The notes beneath the pieces are model-generated. The model worked only from the letters and a program-made list of their open reading frames with translations. It was not told the origin of the DNA and searched no databases. DNA of 58,429 bases, the filler included, from Sphacelaria rigidula (Eukaryota): the NCBI GenBank assembly GCA_964200075.2. It is 8 parts of 8 records of this genome, joined end to end, with 100 filler letters (N's around TTAATTAATTAA, not from the genome) between each part and the next. Parts side by side here need not be neighbours in the genome. Positions count along the whole stretch, not along the records: positions 1 to 7,217 come from CAXNAA020015919.1; positions 7,318 to 14,533 come from CAXNAA020015920.1; 6 more parts are not named here. One strand, 5' to 3'. Made by a program: the position numbers and the translations under genes. Within the stretch, counting starts at the first letter, position 1; every line of letters starts with the position of its first letter. Shown one piece after another: positions 1-13,134 of this stretch.

Positions 1-463
1 GTTGGGTCACTACCTTTTTTCGAATTCAAATACATGCTCTCCGTAGAACGTCAACCTCAAGGGGCAGCGAATTCTCCGCTAATTGAGCATGAAAATGTCC
101 ATCATTCAATGTCACTTTTGCTCAAGATCATGGCTACGTCCTGCAGCCACATCATATCACACGGGTGTATGGTGTACAGCTATACACTGTTGTGATGCCC
201 TTGATTTTTCGGTGCGTACTGAGCATCATAGCATGGATGAAACATGATACACATGAGAGCAAAGTAGTACTGGCTGAAAATCTTGAGGTAACTTTGGATG
301 CTGCGGCGAAAGGAATGATGTTCGTCTTTTTCGTCATATTGGTGAAGAACATTGAACATTGTATGGGGTCTTGCAGGAATTTCGTGGGCGGACAGCAAAA
401 CAGCAGCAGCTGCAGGGGCACGTGCGCCACGCAGTACTGAACGTTTCCACGAGCGGACGGTTG

Positions 464-577
464 GTATGTCACAGATACCACTGAGCTGAACAGTCAGCGC
501 TGACTGTTTAGCTCAGTGACTGTTTAGTTTAGTGGTCATCTCGGCGAATGTTTAGCTCAGTGGTATCTGTGACATAC
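464..577. mobile_element. Short foldback/MITE-like element with ~29-bp terminal inverted repeats
   Basis: 464-492 GTATGTCACAGATACCACTGAGCTGAACA is the reverse complement of 549-577 at 28/29 positions. There is also an internal palindrome at 479-518. The TA dinucleotides at 465-466 and 575-576 could be a TA target-site duplication. Confidence 0.6.
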
Positions 578-975
578 GAAGATGGGCAATTGTCTGTGGA
601 AGCAATGGCGAGTGATCACATCAGTAGTGAAACGCACGTACAACCATTTCATTTCACGTGTACCCGGCGAGGGCATGACGCATCACAGATCTCCAGAATC
701 CGCATCAAATGTTTCGTTCGGAAAGCTGACACTCCGCCACCGAAGCAGTGGGCACTGGCACTGGTCTGGTGATATATCCCTGTAAAACTCTGAATTTTGT
801 TATCATGCACACCCTGGACAACAGAATACACAGTCAAAACGTGTACTGCGTATAGTATCGACTATTGCGCCTATTGCAATAGACAATGGATTCTATACTG
901 TACGCAGTACATTTTCTCACAATATAATCATTTGTCAAGGGGGTGTTGTCATGTAGGCACGCACGGTACTTGTCT

Positions 976-1233
976 GAGCAATGCTACGGTAGGGGTGCAC
1001 TTTTTTCGCGAAATTATGTCTAGTTCAGGGGCTCCTAACGATTCTATAAATGAACGAAAATATGGATCAGGGCATCCCCGTTTGCAAATTTATTCGGGAT
1101 ATCTCCAGCACATTGGAAACGTAATCCTGGCGTACTTTCACATATTGTCATAGGTCGTGTTTTGCATGAGTGAAGGGCTCCTAACAATTTCAACCTCAAA
1201 CAATATTTCTGCACCCCTACCGTAGCATCACTC
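976..1233. mobile_element. Non-autonomous DNA transposon (MITE) with GAG...CTC termini and 4-bp TSD (Sola-like signature)
   Basis: The TIRs are GAGCAATGCTACGGTAGGGGTGCA (976-999) and TGCACCCCTACCGTAGCATCACTC (1210-1233). GTCT flanks both sides (972-975, 1234-1237). Confidence 0.7.
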
Positions 1234-1627
1234 GTCTACTTATGTGCACGGACAGTACCGGCTGCACTTTAGACCGACGCACAAGTATAGTACACGGAGT
1301 TCATGCAGCCCTCTTGCGCTAGTTGCGATGTACAAGACAGCCCGAGTACTTGTGCCATCCTTGGCAGCCTGTGTGTGAGCTACCGTGACGACCCTGTTGT
1401 GCTGTCGGTGTCGTGATGGCAACTTGTGAACGTGTTGTGAGTGCTGTCTTTGAAGGCACTCGTCACCACGTTGCTTCCTGTTGTTGTGTGTGAAGTTCAA
1501 AACGCTGAATACCCTACAGGATACGTGTCTTCCGGTATTTAGTCGTCCTCTCGATGATCCTCAACCGTAGCCGTTTGCCCTCCCACATCTGCTTATTGTT
1601 GGTAATTCCCCTTTGTGCATCGAGCAG

Positions 1628-3680
1628 TCGCGAAATCAACTTGGCGAAAGACGAGTCGTTTAAGGATGACAAGGGGTATAAAGACGACCCGGCGCGGTTT
1701 TTGCTCCTAGAATACGTGATGACGCACGTTATCCTCGGCATGCTACCATTCAACTTCATGGTCAACGAGCACCGTCGACGCTTCCAACGAACCATGACCA
1801 CCGATATCGACACGGACCAGCTCAACGACAAGCGGGTAAGCGCGAAGAGTCCGCGAGCAGTGCGGCACCGGTGGTCTTCAATGGGCTTGCCACTTTGGCG
1901 GTGCGCTGACTTTGAGCCGGGTTGTATTGCACTCAACCTGTAAGTACTTTTGTTCTTGCTATGACACAAACATGCATACATGTTCGTCGCCGACCTATCG
2001 CATCACAGGTGAAGCACGCTGTGATCGAGATCTATGCTGCAACAGTCGAGACCTTCACAGACACCATGCTGACCACAGAACGCGCGTCTCTTCTCCCGAT
2101 CGTGTACATCAATCTCGATCTCTGGAAGAGCAAGGTGTCCGAAGGCAAATACCTCGGTGAGTGGTGATCGAGTGCACCCACGCTCACGGATGATATACAT
2201 GGCCTGAATGCCGGGGGGGGGGGGGGGGGCCTCATTTGTTGCTTCCCTTAGTCGTTTGACCATTGACCACGCATCCCTCTTGAGACGGAGCATCGTTCCT
2301 ACCCCGACTAGAGATACCTCTAACGTTTCGGTGCTCATTATGTTTCTTCCATAGATGACACGGAACATTTTAGATAGCGAATGCAGGGGGGAATATATAT
2401 GAAGAGTGAAAAATGAAATTTGAGGGAATTACAGATAGAAGGGCTATTTCGCTATTTCGGATATCACAATGACTCGAAGTAAGGTATACCCGACATCATG
2501 CTTGCAGTGACGATCTAGGGAGCGGGTAGGACTTGAGATGGGGTTCACTTGTGACGACTTCACACCCTCGACAATACATGGTCAGCAGATAAAACAGACA
2601 AAAATGTACTGGTTGAAGTATATGCCTATTGCAAGTATATACTTTCACCAGCACACTTCTTGTCTATCGCACCTGTTGACCGCATTGTCCGGGATGTGAA
2701 CGATTTAGATTATGCGAGCTTCTCACACCTGTTCACCCACGCTCGTACCGAAACGTTATGTGTATATCTTCGAGGTACACGTCGTACTTGTGCGACTTCT
2801 TGCGGAAAACAGTACAGAAATGGGTACATTATCATGTCTCCGAATCCCAGAAGCTGAAACCTCACCAACTTCCGCTGACTATCGCATTGCGCCGGCACGC
2901 AGATTTACGAGCTTCTTACCTCGACGACGCCATGATCATCTGTACGCATATTTTCGCCGTGAAATTATTCCGCCCTCACCCGTCGATGACGAAGAAGATC
3001 ACGGGCGAGACGGTGTGGAAGTGGGTGGTCCAAGTTCTCCGTCAATTCGGCCTCACTGAGAAAGATATCGCCGGGGCCGTCACAGATGCTGGCACGGACG
3101 TGAAGAGTGGGGCGGCGAAGAAAGTACCATGGGAGTGGTGCATTCCTCACCTTTCGAACCGGGTGACTAAGGATGGGACAGTAATGGCTTTAGCGAAGAA
3201 GGACTCGAGAAACCTGCAGTGCCGGTCTTTGATCGAGGCAGTGAGGAGCGTTATTGAGCACTTCAACAAGTCGGACACGTCGAAGGTGAGCCCATGGGTT
3301 ATGAGACATGTATGCGTCTATTTGTACAACCACGTCCGATGCTGGCCGTATGCAGAGGCAACAGTAGGTGCCCGCGGGTCCGTCGTCTACATTTGCCACC
3401 CCCTGACAACATATGCCGGTTCCTGGACCCTCTTCCGGGTTATCGTGATGTCGAGTCTGACGCAACAACAATTGCACCATCCGCTCATCAGGCAGCCCTG
3501 GACGAGAACATTAAGGCTGCCGGAGGAGTCACGAAGTCGAAGCTGCGACAGGCCGCGCCCCACCGGTGGACGAGCTTGTCCACAGCTTTACACGGCTGCC
3601 TGAGGAAGTGGGAGTTCATCGAGATGATTTATCTTGAAAAGCTCAAGAAAGTGTTCCCTTTGGGGGGAAAGAAGGCGGAG
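1628..3680 (+). mobile_element. hAT-superfamily transposase gene, intron-containing, partial (exons ~1628-1835, 2009-2156, 2903-3285, 3492-3680)
   Basis: GT-AG exons splice in phase. They encode the first catalytic Asp (INLDLWKSK...KYL), the second Asp (VTDAG), CxxH (WCIPH) and the RW motif (HRWTSL) in hAT order. No catalytic Glu or dimerization exon was found. Confidence 0.8.
2213..2370 (-). mobile_element. 5'-truncated LINE-like 3'-end repeat (type A) with a C17 tract, inside a hAT intron
   Basis: G17 is followed by CTCATTTGTTGCTTCCCTTAGTCGTTTGACCATTGACCACGCATCCC; near-identical sequence recurs on five other contigs. Confidence 0.75.
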
Positions 3681-4299
3681 GTGAGCAACCAATACCCGGA
3701 GCCCCACTGCAGCAGTACCGCAGACGAGCCGCCAAATTAACAATCAACGTCGAGAGTTGGTGTCAGCATCCTCGTGAGAATTTTATTGCGTCGCGAGATG
3801 AGGGTAGTTGAGACAACGTCTGTCAGTCGATGTTGGTGTTAACTACGCAGTTGGCGTTTTTTCATAGTTTTTTTTCCGTTCATAACGCGTCACGGTGAAC
3901 GTTTGATCCCCAACTGTTTCTCCGACCGAAATATGGTCACACCCGCAGCACCCTCTAGAAAAGCATGGTCCCTGGAACCGATGCTTAGCGAGTGACGGGC
4001 TGAGCAGTACTCGAGGGCCCTGCGCATACACAAATACAAATTCCGGCTGCACGGTGTTCCCGACGGCTTCAACCAAATCCCGATCGATCTTGTGGACGCA
4101 TGAAACAATGTATCTAGTGATGTTCTACCTTTTTTGTGTGTAGAGGAAGACCTGTGTGTTTTGGTCCAGTCACGGCCGATAGCACCCTCCTGGACACTTT
4201 CTACGATAGCCTGTTTGTAGCTTCGTGACCCCGTGAGAGGATGGGGTGCAGACTCGACTCAGATAGTCAATCAATGGACACGACTGCGATAGCCAATCA

Positions 4300-7217
4300 A
4301 TGGACACGGCTGACTGCCGATCAAGATGAGGTAGAAATGTATAAAAAGCTTTGTTGAAGAGGAAAGGAAGGGGAGCGGGCCCAGTAGGCGCCAGAGTCTC
4401 AACATGGGACAAGCACCACTCACGTATGTCTAGTCGCCAACATCACAATATAAAGTCATCGTGCATAGTACCCGGAACTCAAAACAGGTATATCATTAGA
4501 CTGTTGTACCTTACCCTGACTAGGTGTATCTTATTGACCACCGCAGGCCATCCTACGGACACCCCCCCATTGACTGCGGGTGTCAAAAGTAAGGTTCAAG
4601 GACCATGCTCAGTGAACAGAGCTTCCCACCGAAAAAGTACTCTTCCGCTCACGGCGCATTCAACAGGTGCATCCTCTCAAAAATGGATTCCATCACAACC
4701 GTAAAATAACCGCAAATCCCAAAACTCGTCACTTCTTCCAACGACTATGGGACCAGCCAAGAATCAAAGACATCGGTACATTTCTTTTCACACCACGACA
4801 AAAAAGAATATCGATGGATGAGCTGTGTGTTTTGCCACACTATAGCTCCTGATGGTCAACCCAAGCGAAACGCAAGTCATGTTCTTTAACTGTACTGGCC
4901 CATGCCTCTTACAATAGCATGGGTGGTCGTACTTAGCATTCGAGTAACCTGCACTACGCACGCGAGACCGAGCTCCTAGGTAACATATATTAATCCAGAC
5001 AACACAGTGCAGTTGACAAGTTTGAAAACTCGGATCACATGTTGCAAAATCCACTTCACAGTCAGTCAGCTGCCTACAGTACAAGAACCAAATTTCAAAA
5101 TTCAAAGTCAGCAATCCATGCTACAGTAGTGCCTACGTCATCAAACCAGACTAGACACTCACTACATCTACTTGACCCCTTATTCCCCCTCGGTGACCGG
5201 CGGAGCAAAGCAGCTCAACGCCTCCAGACAAAACACACGATCAGCATCACCCCCCCTCCAATTCTTGCTAATCAAAGTCTTCATCCCCCCCCGCTTCTAG
5301 GCCACGGGGAAGGAGTGCTGCATTCATCATCCTTCCCCCGTAGCGGGGAGATTTGCAGCGAGGGACTGATCTTGATCCTGGTCGGTCACCGCCCTCCAAA
5401 ACCAACCGTCACGTTGTGCTCGTGTCAGCCGTACAGACAGCACCTTTGTCGGACAAAGATGTTTTTGTTTTGGAGGCTCAGCGTCTCACATATCGTGCAG
5501 ACCCGAGGGGAATGGGTAGTGGGACAACAGAAAGGAAAAGTATTAATATCCATGTTACTCACGCGCGTCAATCACCAACCGATGAACATACTCTCACCAC
5601 GTACCATACTGTGGTGTCGCGTTACGTTAATAGCGAACGCACACCCACATATTATACCCGGATTCAGCACAATCATTTCAACTCTTCACTTCTCGTTCAC
5701 ATGCCACACATGGGATCAAACGGCAGTTCGGCCGCTACCATCCTGGTTGCATGAAACAGTACACTTTGCCTTTTACATGCCGTGCTAACATGTGTAAACC
5801 TGTATCGAATTCGCCTGGCCAGCCAACCGAGCAACGACCAGCTCCCATATGGTTGATACAATGCACTCTTCTTTTATCATGCTGTGCACATGAACCGCAT
5901 CTCGCTCATAACGCAGCTCTATCTATTAGCCATCAAATATGTGTCACATGCGTTTTGCTGACCTGTAGCACAGGAATTTCATTTGTGCCCACAGCAACTC
6001 TTCCGATGTTATCATGATCAGGCCAAGCTACTAGTATTGCGCTATACTCAGTCCTTGCTCCTACCATAATAACGAAGTCTTATCAACCAATCCAGTCAAG
6101 AAGCCGATGCCTCGCGAATCCTACACCTCTCGGAATGATAGCAACTTTTTCACTTAGATGTCGAGTTTCGGAACCCACCTCAAATGTTGTGGTCTCAACC
6201 ATCATTTATCCGCATACCCCTCTGCGGAATATTTCACCGACATCACCCTCTAGTCTAGTCAGACCATGGTGCCCCATGTGCCTGTACTCACCAAGGCGAA
6301 GAACAAGGTTCCACCTCAACCGATCGAGTAAGGGTGTGGTGCCCCACAGTCCTGCGCTCATCGGGGTGGCAACAATGTTACACATGAGCATTGAGGTTCG
6401 GCATCCATGTCAAAACATATTCTCAACACTCTTCACGCACTTCACTCTGTACAATTTTACCGACACCGTTCCACAGTCAAGTCAAGTCGCGGTGCCCCGC
6501 TCTCCTCACACTTACAAAAACGGCAGACGATTTTCTATTCATCAATCGAGTCAAAGAAGAACGTAAGCAAGTCTGCACTCATCCAGACAGAATATTCGTC
6601 AAGCATCAACACTGAGTTTCGGTGTCCATATCAAAAGTATGATCTCAGCATTGTCCAGAGATATCCAACATCTCGATCCACCTGGGCAACAACCTTTCCT
6701 TGGGTACATGAATCGCTATCTGCATGACGGTCACGAAGACTCAAAACATAAAATAAAGGGGTATTTGAGTCATGCATAGGTCTCATGCCATCATTTTTCA
6801 AAAGGCTTCTGCGTCCGCTTCCGAACATACTGAAGGATCGGTACTACCCGACAACCCTACTGCCATCGCTGTATCTTTGTTTTCTCCTGTATTACAATCC
6901 TGATAAGAGTGTCCCTTTTTTCCGCATCTCATACATTGTCGTTCCGGACAGTCACGCGCGAAGTGTGTTGTTTGCTTCCTGCAAATCCAACATCGCCTCT
7001 CCTTCGCAGAACCATTTTCACGCCCGTCTAGTTTTGAATCCCCCGTTCTTCCCGAGGTCCCTTGCCACTGTTCGTCCCAACTGACATCAAAGCTTGGCTA
7101 TCCTTTCCCTTGTTATCTCTGATCATCCCGAACCTAGTTCTCAACGTCGCCAACAAATCTTCCACATCCAAGCCTTTCTGTGAGAGGAGGTGTTGTTTCT
7201 GGTGATAACAACAAATT
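4300..7217 (-). mobile_element. Decayed Ty1/copia-like LTR retrotransposon (gag zinc knuckles, GAG-pre-integrase-like and RT traces); lower-coordinate boundary approximate
   Basis: Minus strand ~6995-6890 reads RRCWICRKQTTHFARDCPERQCMRCGKKGHSYQDC (two CCHC knuckles). YRHMGHH (~6280) resembles WHxRLGH, and EVDFATCDP (~5050) resembles GVDFxETFAP. Many stops and frameshifts. Confidence 0.5.
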
Positions 7218-7317
7218 NNNNNNNNNNNNNNNNNNNNNNNNNNNNNNNNNNNNNNNNNNNNTTAATTAATTAANNNNNNNNNNNNNNNNNNNNNNNNNNN
7301 NNNNNNNNNNNNNNNNN
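7218..7317. other. Artificial contig linker (44N-TTAATTAATTAA-44N); identical linkers at 14534-14633, 21850-21949, 29166-29265, 36482-36581, 43798-43897, 51114-51213
   Basis: Seven identical 100-bp spacers with a stop-in-all-frames 12-mer separate segments of 7217 or 7216 bp. Confidence 0.98.
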
Positions 7318-7325
7318 GATCTTAC

Positions 7326-7349
7326 TTGATTGATCGATTGATTGATTGG

Positions 7350-7380
<31 letters not shown>
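7326..7380. repeat. (ATTG)n microsatellite
   Basis: About 13 near-perfect ATTG units. Confidence 0.9.
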
Positions 7381-7381
<1 letters not shown>

Positions 7382-7423
7382 CGCAATGTAACTGACCCCC
7401 CAGGGGTCTAGCCGTGGTCTCGT

Positions 7424-7560
7424 GATAGTGACATGATAGTGACATGATAGTGACATGATAGTGACATGATAGTGACATGATAGTGACATGATAGTGACAT
7501 GATAGTGACATGATAGTGACATGATAGTGACATGATAGTGACATGATAGTGACATGATAG
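7424..7560. repeat. 11-bp minisatellite (GTGACATGATA)n, ~12 perfect copies
   Basis: Directly visible perfect tandem array. It generates the spurious MSLSCHYHVTI ORFs. Confidence 0.95.
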
Positions 7561-7775
7561 ACGTACCCAACAAAAACAAAAGTGAAACACGCTTTGAAGA
7601 AAATAAGGAGCGGAAAGCAAACACTTGTATGCAGGTAATCACAAACGACAATGGGGCAACCCGTAAAGCCCTACAAGATCAGATGATCAAATACCAAGAA
7701 GTTGAACTGAGCAGCAACGTTTCCTCCAAACAAACATCAGTTGAATTGTGCTTCAAATTCCACAGGGCTGCTTGC

Positions 7776-10700
7776 CTTGTTGTCGGTGCAAACATCCCCA
7801 GAATCCGCGGATATGAGGATAATGGAAATCTTCGACATATTTTCTGTAGAATCTTTGGTCCTGGATTCCGCCCTGATCCACTTGCCGTCCGTTGAAAAGT
7901 CCAGTCTCAGCAGTCCTCCTTCATTTGCTTCGCTGATACACTGCAGGATTGGTCGTGCGGAAGGTTGAATAGCATCCATCGTGTTTCGGGTGAGAACTGC
8001 CAGTCATGAGAGCACGGGGCAATGATGATGTTCAGTAAACTTCCGCATCGGACGTGGTTAGTGTTTTATCTTGTTGGGGTTTGTGTTCATCAGTGTTCCT
8101 ACTCTTTTAATGACGCAAAAAAGAACGACATGTTGTGGGAGACACCGCAGATCATTAACGAGCCCATCACTTGGGAAGGTTTGCCATGATCGGTTCTGCT
8201 TTCAGACATGTTGGGATTTTTGTGCAGTCCTTGACGATAGAGTGCTGTATTTTGGGAACTGGGGGCACTGTTCCGTTCCTTGGAGTGTGACGTTGCCTAT
8301 GCACCGCCGATCGCCTCGCGTGCGGTATGCACTCGACCAGGCAGCCAAGTATCAGGAACACTCGACACTGTCTGATGCCATCCCTCGTTGGCTTCTCGCC
8401 GACAGGCTGCATCGGCGGCCGTTGTGCGATGAAGCCGGGGGCTTGGGTGTACATCACAATTTCCCAGTGGTTTTGGATCCACAGGACAGGTCAACTGTAG
8501 AGCAGTTGGTACATTGGCACGAGTAGTAATATCAGAGACGACGGTTCATGTTTGCGTATCGAAGATCATTCGTCATCGTATCGAAAATCATTCGTCATCG
8601 TCTCCTCGATGATCATTCGTCATCGTCTCCGGTCGCCTGTCGCCTGCCAAAGTGCATTTTGAAGTGCGCGATTCAAACTTCGACAGACGAGAAATTCACG
8701 ATCTACGAAGCTCGCGTGCTCAGAGGGATTGTCAAATTTGGTGCCTACATGCTACAGCGTGTTGCGGCTTGCTTATAGTGGTGCCCAGCAAGAAGCAAAA
8801 AAGTTTTAAAACGTTCCATGTTCGCGATATTGAGCCAAGGCGGGAAGGCGGGCAGTACCGCCAACGCGTTAAGGTACTCGCAACCTTGTACAAGCATCCC
8901 AAACTGTTCCCCACAAACTTGTCCACCATCGGGCAAGTTATCACTTCCAACTTTCATATGACACCTACAAGGGTTTGCCGACTGAATTTTCGGAGAATTT
9001 TAGTAACTGATCACTGTAAATAGTCACCTTCATGTCCGATTCTCGCCAGATTGCCCACAGTATTCGTGTCCTATAAATACTGTATAAACTACTGACACGA
9101 TGTAGAGCGACGCGATACCCCATTTTGCTTTCAACTCGTCGCTGCTCAGAAGCTATCATGACGAAACCAAGCAAGTTCAGTTGGGACGTGCACAACAAAT
9201 AATCAAAATGGCGTCTGCTCCCATTGCTCGAAGATAGGATCTATAAGGTCAAGAGCAGATACGACGAAATTTAAAGCCTGATGTTGAAGGGCAAAACACC
9301 AACAGTCACTCAGGAGATAAATGGAGATCCTTGAAACCCAGAAGCGCAAGAAGCATTTTGTTTTCGGAACCTTTCTCTTTTCAGTGTTGGACGTCAACCT
9401 CTCAAATTCGATAAGCGTCCACTCTCAAAATTCCAGGATTTAACTCCTCAGAACAGAAAAGACGAGACAGTCGAGGGTTTTGGTCCGTCGCGATGAACCC
9501 TGAAGCGGTGAATATGCGACATCGCATGACGCGAAGTGCTATGTTTGATGCAGCATGTTATTCGCCTTCTGGAGCGATAGAACAAACGCCGAATTCATTT
9601 TATCCCTGCAGATCCGCACACATACCTCGAGCTTGAAATTTTCCAGCACAGAATATATGTAGGCGTTTCCGTCTAGGGAAGCGGCGACCATTCTGTTTCC
9701 GTCAGGGCTGAATCTGATGCACGTGATTGGTCCCGTGGCATCTGACAAGGAGTTCACCACGCGGAACTCTTCTTCCATGCCTGGGCAGCGGGTGGAAGGA
9801 CAGCAGACAACGAAAGCGGTAAAGTGTCCAGTCAACGACATGCAGAATCGGCATGACCTGCTCGCTGTCGACATCTCGCGATAAAGTTCGAGAGAGTCAA
9901 CCACCGCGTAGCGTACATTATCTCTAGTAAAAGCAAGCTCGAAGTTGACAAGAGCCTCTGTGCCCCAGCCCTCACTACTGCCATCCGGCCACGACGTACG
10001 TCCTACTTGAAATATTTCAACCTTTCATGATGCTGCCGCCTTTGTGGCAAAGCTGTTAAACCAGCAGCTAGCTTAGGAGATTTTGTTGAGTTCGCATCCA
10101 GACGTGTATCGCCTTGCTTCACAATATCACAACCTCACAATCTCACAATCTAGGTGAGACCGCCGAAAGCGTAAGGGTGTCATGAGACAAGCTAAAGTCT
10201 ACTCGCTGCGCGAGCGGTGCTCCAACGGTCGACAACACAACGCCAGGCATATGCCAGGCAGTACGAAAGAAGATACATGATAAACGCACTCCGTTATCAC
10301 GTACGTCCCAACGTGCGTTAAATAGCTTACCGGAAACGATCTTGATCGTTCCGTCTTCCTCCCTGGGCGAATGGCGCTTCTTAACGCTCATGTCTGCCGG
10401 CAGGCCGTCTGATGACATGCCGTCAGTCTCTCCCCCCATACCGCAAGCCACCAGCAAGCCGTTCGGCGAATACTGGATGCAGCGCACCCAACCTACCATT
10501 CGAAAAGAATACCGCCGAAGAATATCGCCGCCCATTTTTTCCTTCCTTTGGCATTTTTTTTTCGTTCATTTCCTTTCCTTTCTTTTTCCTTTTTGTGTTC
10601 GTTCTTGTCTTTGCTGGTGCTCGTTTCTGTTCTTTTCGTTCTGTTTTGTTTTGTCTTTCGGTATTCTCGACTTGCTGTATGTTGTTGTTTTTTCTACTCA

Positions 10701-13134
10701 TTTTTTCAGCTATCCTTTCCGCTTCGTTTACCTCGAGTACAGTATGCCATCTGGTGACTACGGCTTGTGCCCTCGGGGATAAGTGTGTAACAATAAAACA
10801 TCAATCAAATCATGTTGTAATTGTACCGTATGATAACTACAACTGTCGGCGAAGACTCGAGCAACGTCCATGCCGACTTTTTCGGTGTCGCAGATTTTCG
10901 CTTAGTGTTGCTGATGATCTGCTGTTATTCCGCTTTCGCTTGACTTGGGGCAGACAGGGCATGGCCGAATGTTCGATATTGTAGACCTGGGTAGATGAAA
11001 CTTCTCAAACTCAAGCTAGGCGGGAATGTGCGGCCGAAGAACAGAAACTTTATTATAGGAACATGGTGTGCGATTTGCGCAAATCTTGGAATCACGGAAC
11101 CTTCGGACAAACATAGAAGAGTCTAAGATCTTGTCGAAACCCCCGTTGCCCTTTGGTTGTTATGTGTTTTCAGAGGAACAATACCATGCACCTCATATGC
11201 GCTCCACCTATTCAATCGACGTCTTTTGTCGTCCTTATTCTTTTCCAGATAGAATACACACCAACCATACATACGGGTAGACAACGTCAGTGCGAAAAGT
11301 TTCGAAAAAGTAATCCAATTACCCCCGAGCACACAGCATCCGCACACATGAGCACGCTGAACTTTGCTGAGTGCAGCGTTTGCGCTTTGTGCGATAACAG
11401 TAGGGGGGGCCTTTCGCATATGGGCTACTTGATGATGTCAAGCTGAATAGGCATGGGACGTGTAAATCGTCTGCGAATGTCCGCCGGATCATTGGTGAAA
11501 GCGGACGCTCATGTGAACAATCCATATTATCTATGTTCAACTTCCTGGGGAAGAAATACCTGTGCTCACTTTTGTAGCTCACCATTGTGGCATACGTGGA
11601 AATATCCTCCTCAACAGTGGCCGCGACAAAGCGTGGGCATCATGTCCAAGGAATAGACCACAGCGCATCCACTGACTCTATTCTCAAAATGGGTGGGCGC
11701 AATATCCAACGTTCGCAAAAAATGGTCGTCTGGTGTGGATCCATGTTTTGTCAGATACCACATTCTATGTTCTGTCAGGTACCATACCTTCGAGATCGAT
11801 CTGACGCTTGAGGGCTAGGGTCGTGGCGTCCCACTCTCTCAGAGCACCCTCGTCGCCTGCGCTGCAGTAGACAGACTGTTCAAACAAGCGAAGAGAGACG
11901 AGGGTTCGCAGTATTCAGTTCGAATACTAAACTCCTACTCAATTTAAAGCCGAGGGGTAGTTGTTCAAACCCCTCAAGAACCCCGCTCCCGCCATCAATA
12001 GGAGATCGTTCATTGATGTAGATCACCTGTACTAACACGAGGGGTCGATGAAAGGAGTCTCGAGTGTCTGTGGTACTGGAGTTACGGCGCCTGCTTTTCT
12101 CCGAGATTCGCCGGTTACTCTCAGGTTTTAGTGTGTTCGAGTCTACGTGTGCTGGTGCGTGAAGTTGGGAAGTGAAGCGTGCTCGTGTGCGAAAGCTCAT
12201 TATTTTGCCACCCCCCCCCCCCCCCCCAAATCCGCTTCGTTGTCAAGGGTTATCCTCTAACGCGCCCTTAGCTGGGGTTGGGTATTTGGCGACAGCAGTC
12301 TCATCGGACAAGCAAATAAATTACGCATTGTTCGAATGCAAGCGGAACACGGATGACTGACGAGAGAGTGGCGCGTAAAGCGTCAAATCCAGAAGCAGGG
12401 ACAAGGTTCACGCGAGGTATTCTGCCTTCGCTGTGGTGATGAGCAGGGTTACCTTCACCACCAATGAATGTCATGGATGTGATCACAGTCTCGATTTACC
12501 TGCAGTGATTCTTCATTAACTGTCTATGTGTACTGTAGGGTGTAGATTTCACCTTTGCCGGGTGGGTCGTGAGTCCCCACAGTTGGTCCCGGAAGTGTCC
12601 CCTCATGAGGCAGTCGCCAGAGTTCACGTCTGTTCCGTCGGTGGCCGATATTTCGATGATCTGATTCGGTACCAACGTGAAAATTTTTAGGATTAGCAAA
12701 AATATTTGCTTCGCTGTCTGTGCGATTTCGGCGTCTTGCAGTAGTGTATGAGGCAGAATCCAGAGGAACTTAACCGTATTTCCCTGTTTTGTAATGAAAT
12801 CGACCGCTGACTGCGGTTGATATGTTTCTTATCATCAAATTACACAATTATATATATATATATTCATTACGTGAAGCGTTCGAAGCATTACAATATGCTA
12901 GTTACCCTCCCTTCCGCCTTGCGAACTCGACCGGAAGCGGAAACACGTCGACACTCTCTGCCTCCGCCCATGACCTAACGGCTAGAAATGAGTAGCCCTT
13001 ACCTCGCTACAGGATGTGCCCACGAGAATCTTGCGGGCGTCAGAGTGGTCGTTGACACACACCGACCGGACGCAGGGGGTCGGTCCCCACAGATACGGCC
13101 TTCCCACCAGGTCGAACTCGTTTATCATGCTCAG
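7776..13134 (-). CDS. EML (echinoderm microtubule-associated protein-like) WD40 protein, partial; exons 13134-13003, 12660-12553, 11875-11788, 10492-10331, 9780-9626, 7940-~7776
   Basis: Phase-compatible exons give ...VRSVCV..KILVGTSCSE|IIEIS..MRGHFRDQLWGLTTHPAK|SVYCSAGDEGALREWD..|GWVRCIQYSPNGLLVACG..|..ITCIRFSPDGNRMVAASLDGNAYIY..|..LLRLDFSTDGKWIRAES, matching the EML beta-propeller pattern. Confidence 0.85.

Noticed and set aside
5039..5788. 249-aa plus-strand ORF
   Set aside because: It has no recognisable motif and lies antisense to the decayed copia-like element.
6480..6560. Penelope-like RT motif (ENRLPFL)
   Set aside because: It is an isolated word between stops. The upstream zinc knuckles and domain order fit a copia-like element better.
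7266..7651. ORFs with MSLSCHYHVTI repeats and ORFs running into N tracts
   Set aside because: They are by-products of an 11-bp minisatellite, an ATTG microsatellite and the artificial linker.
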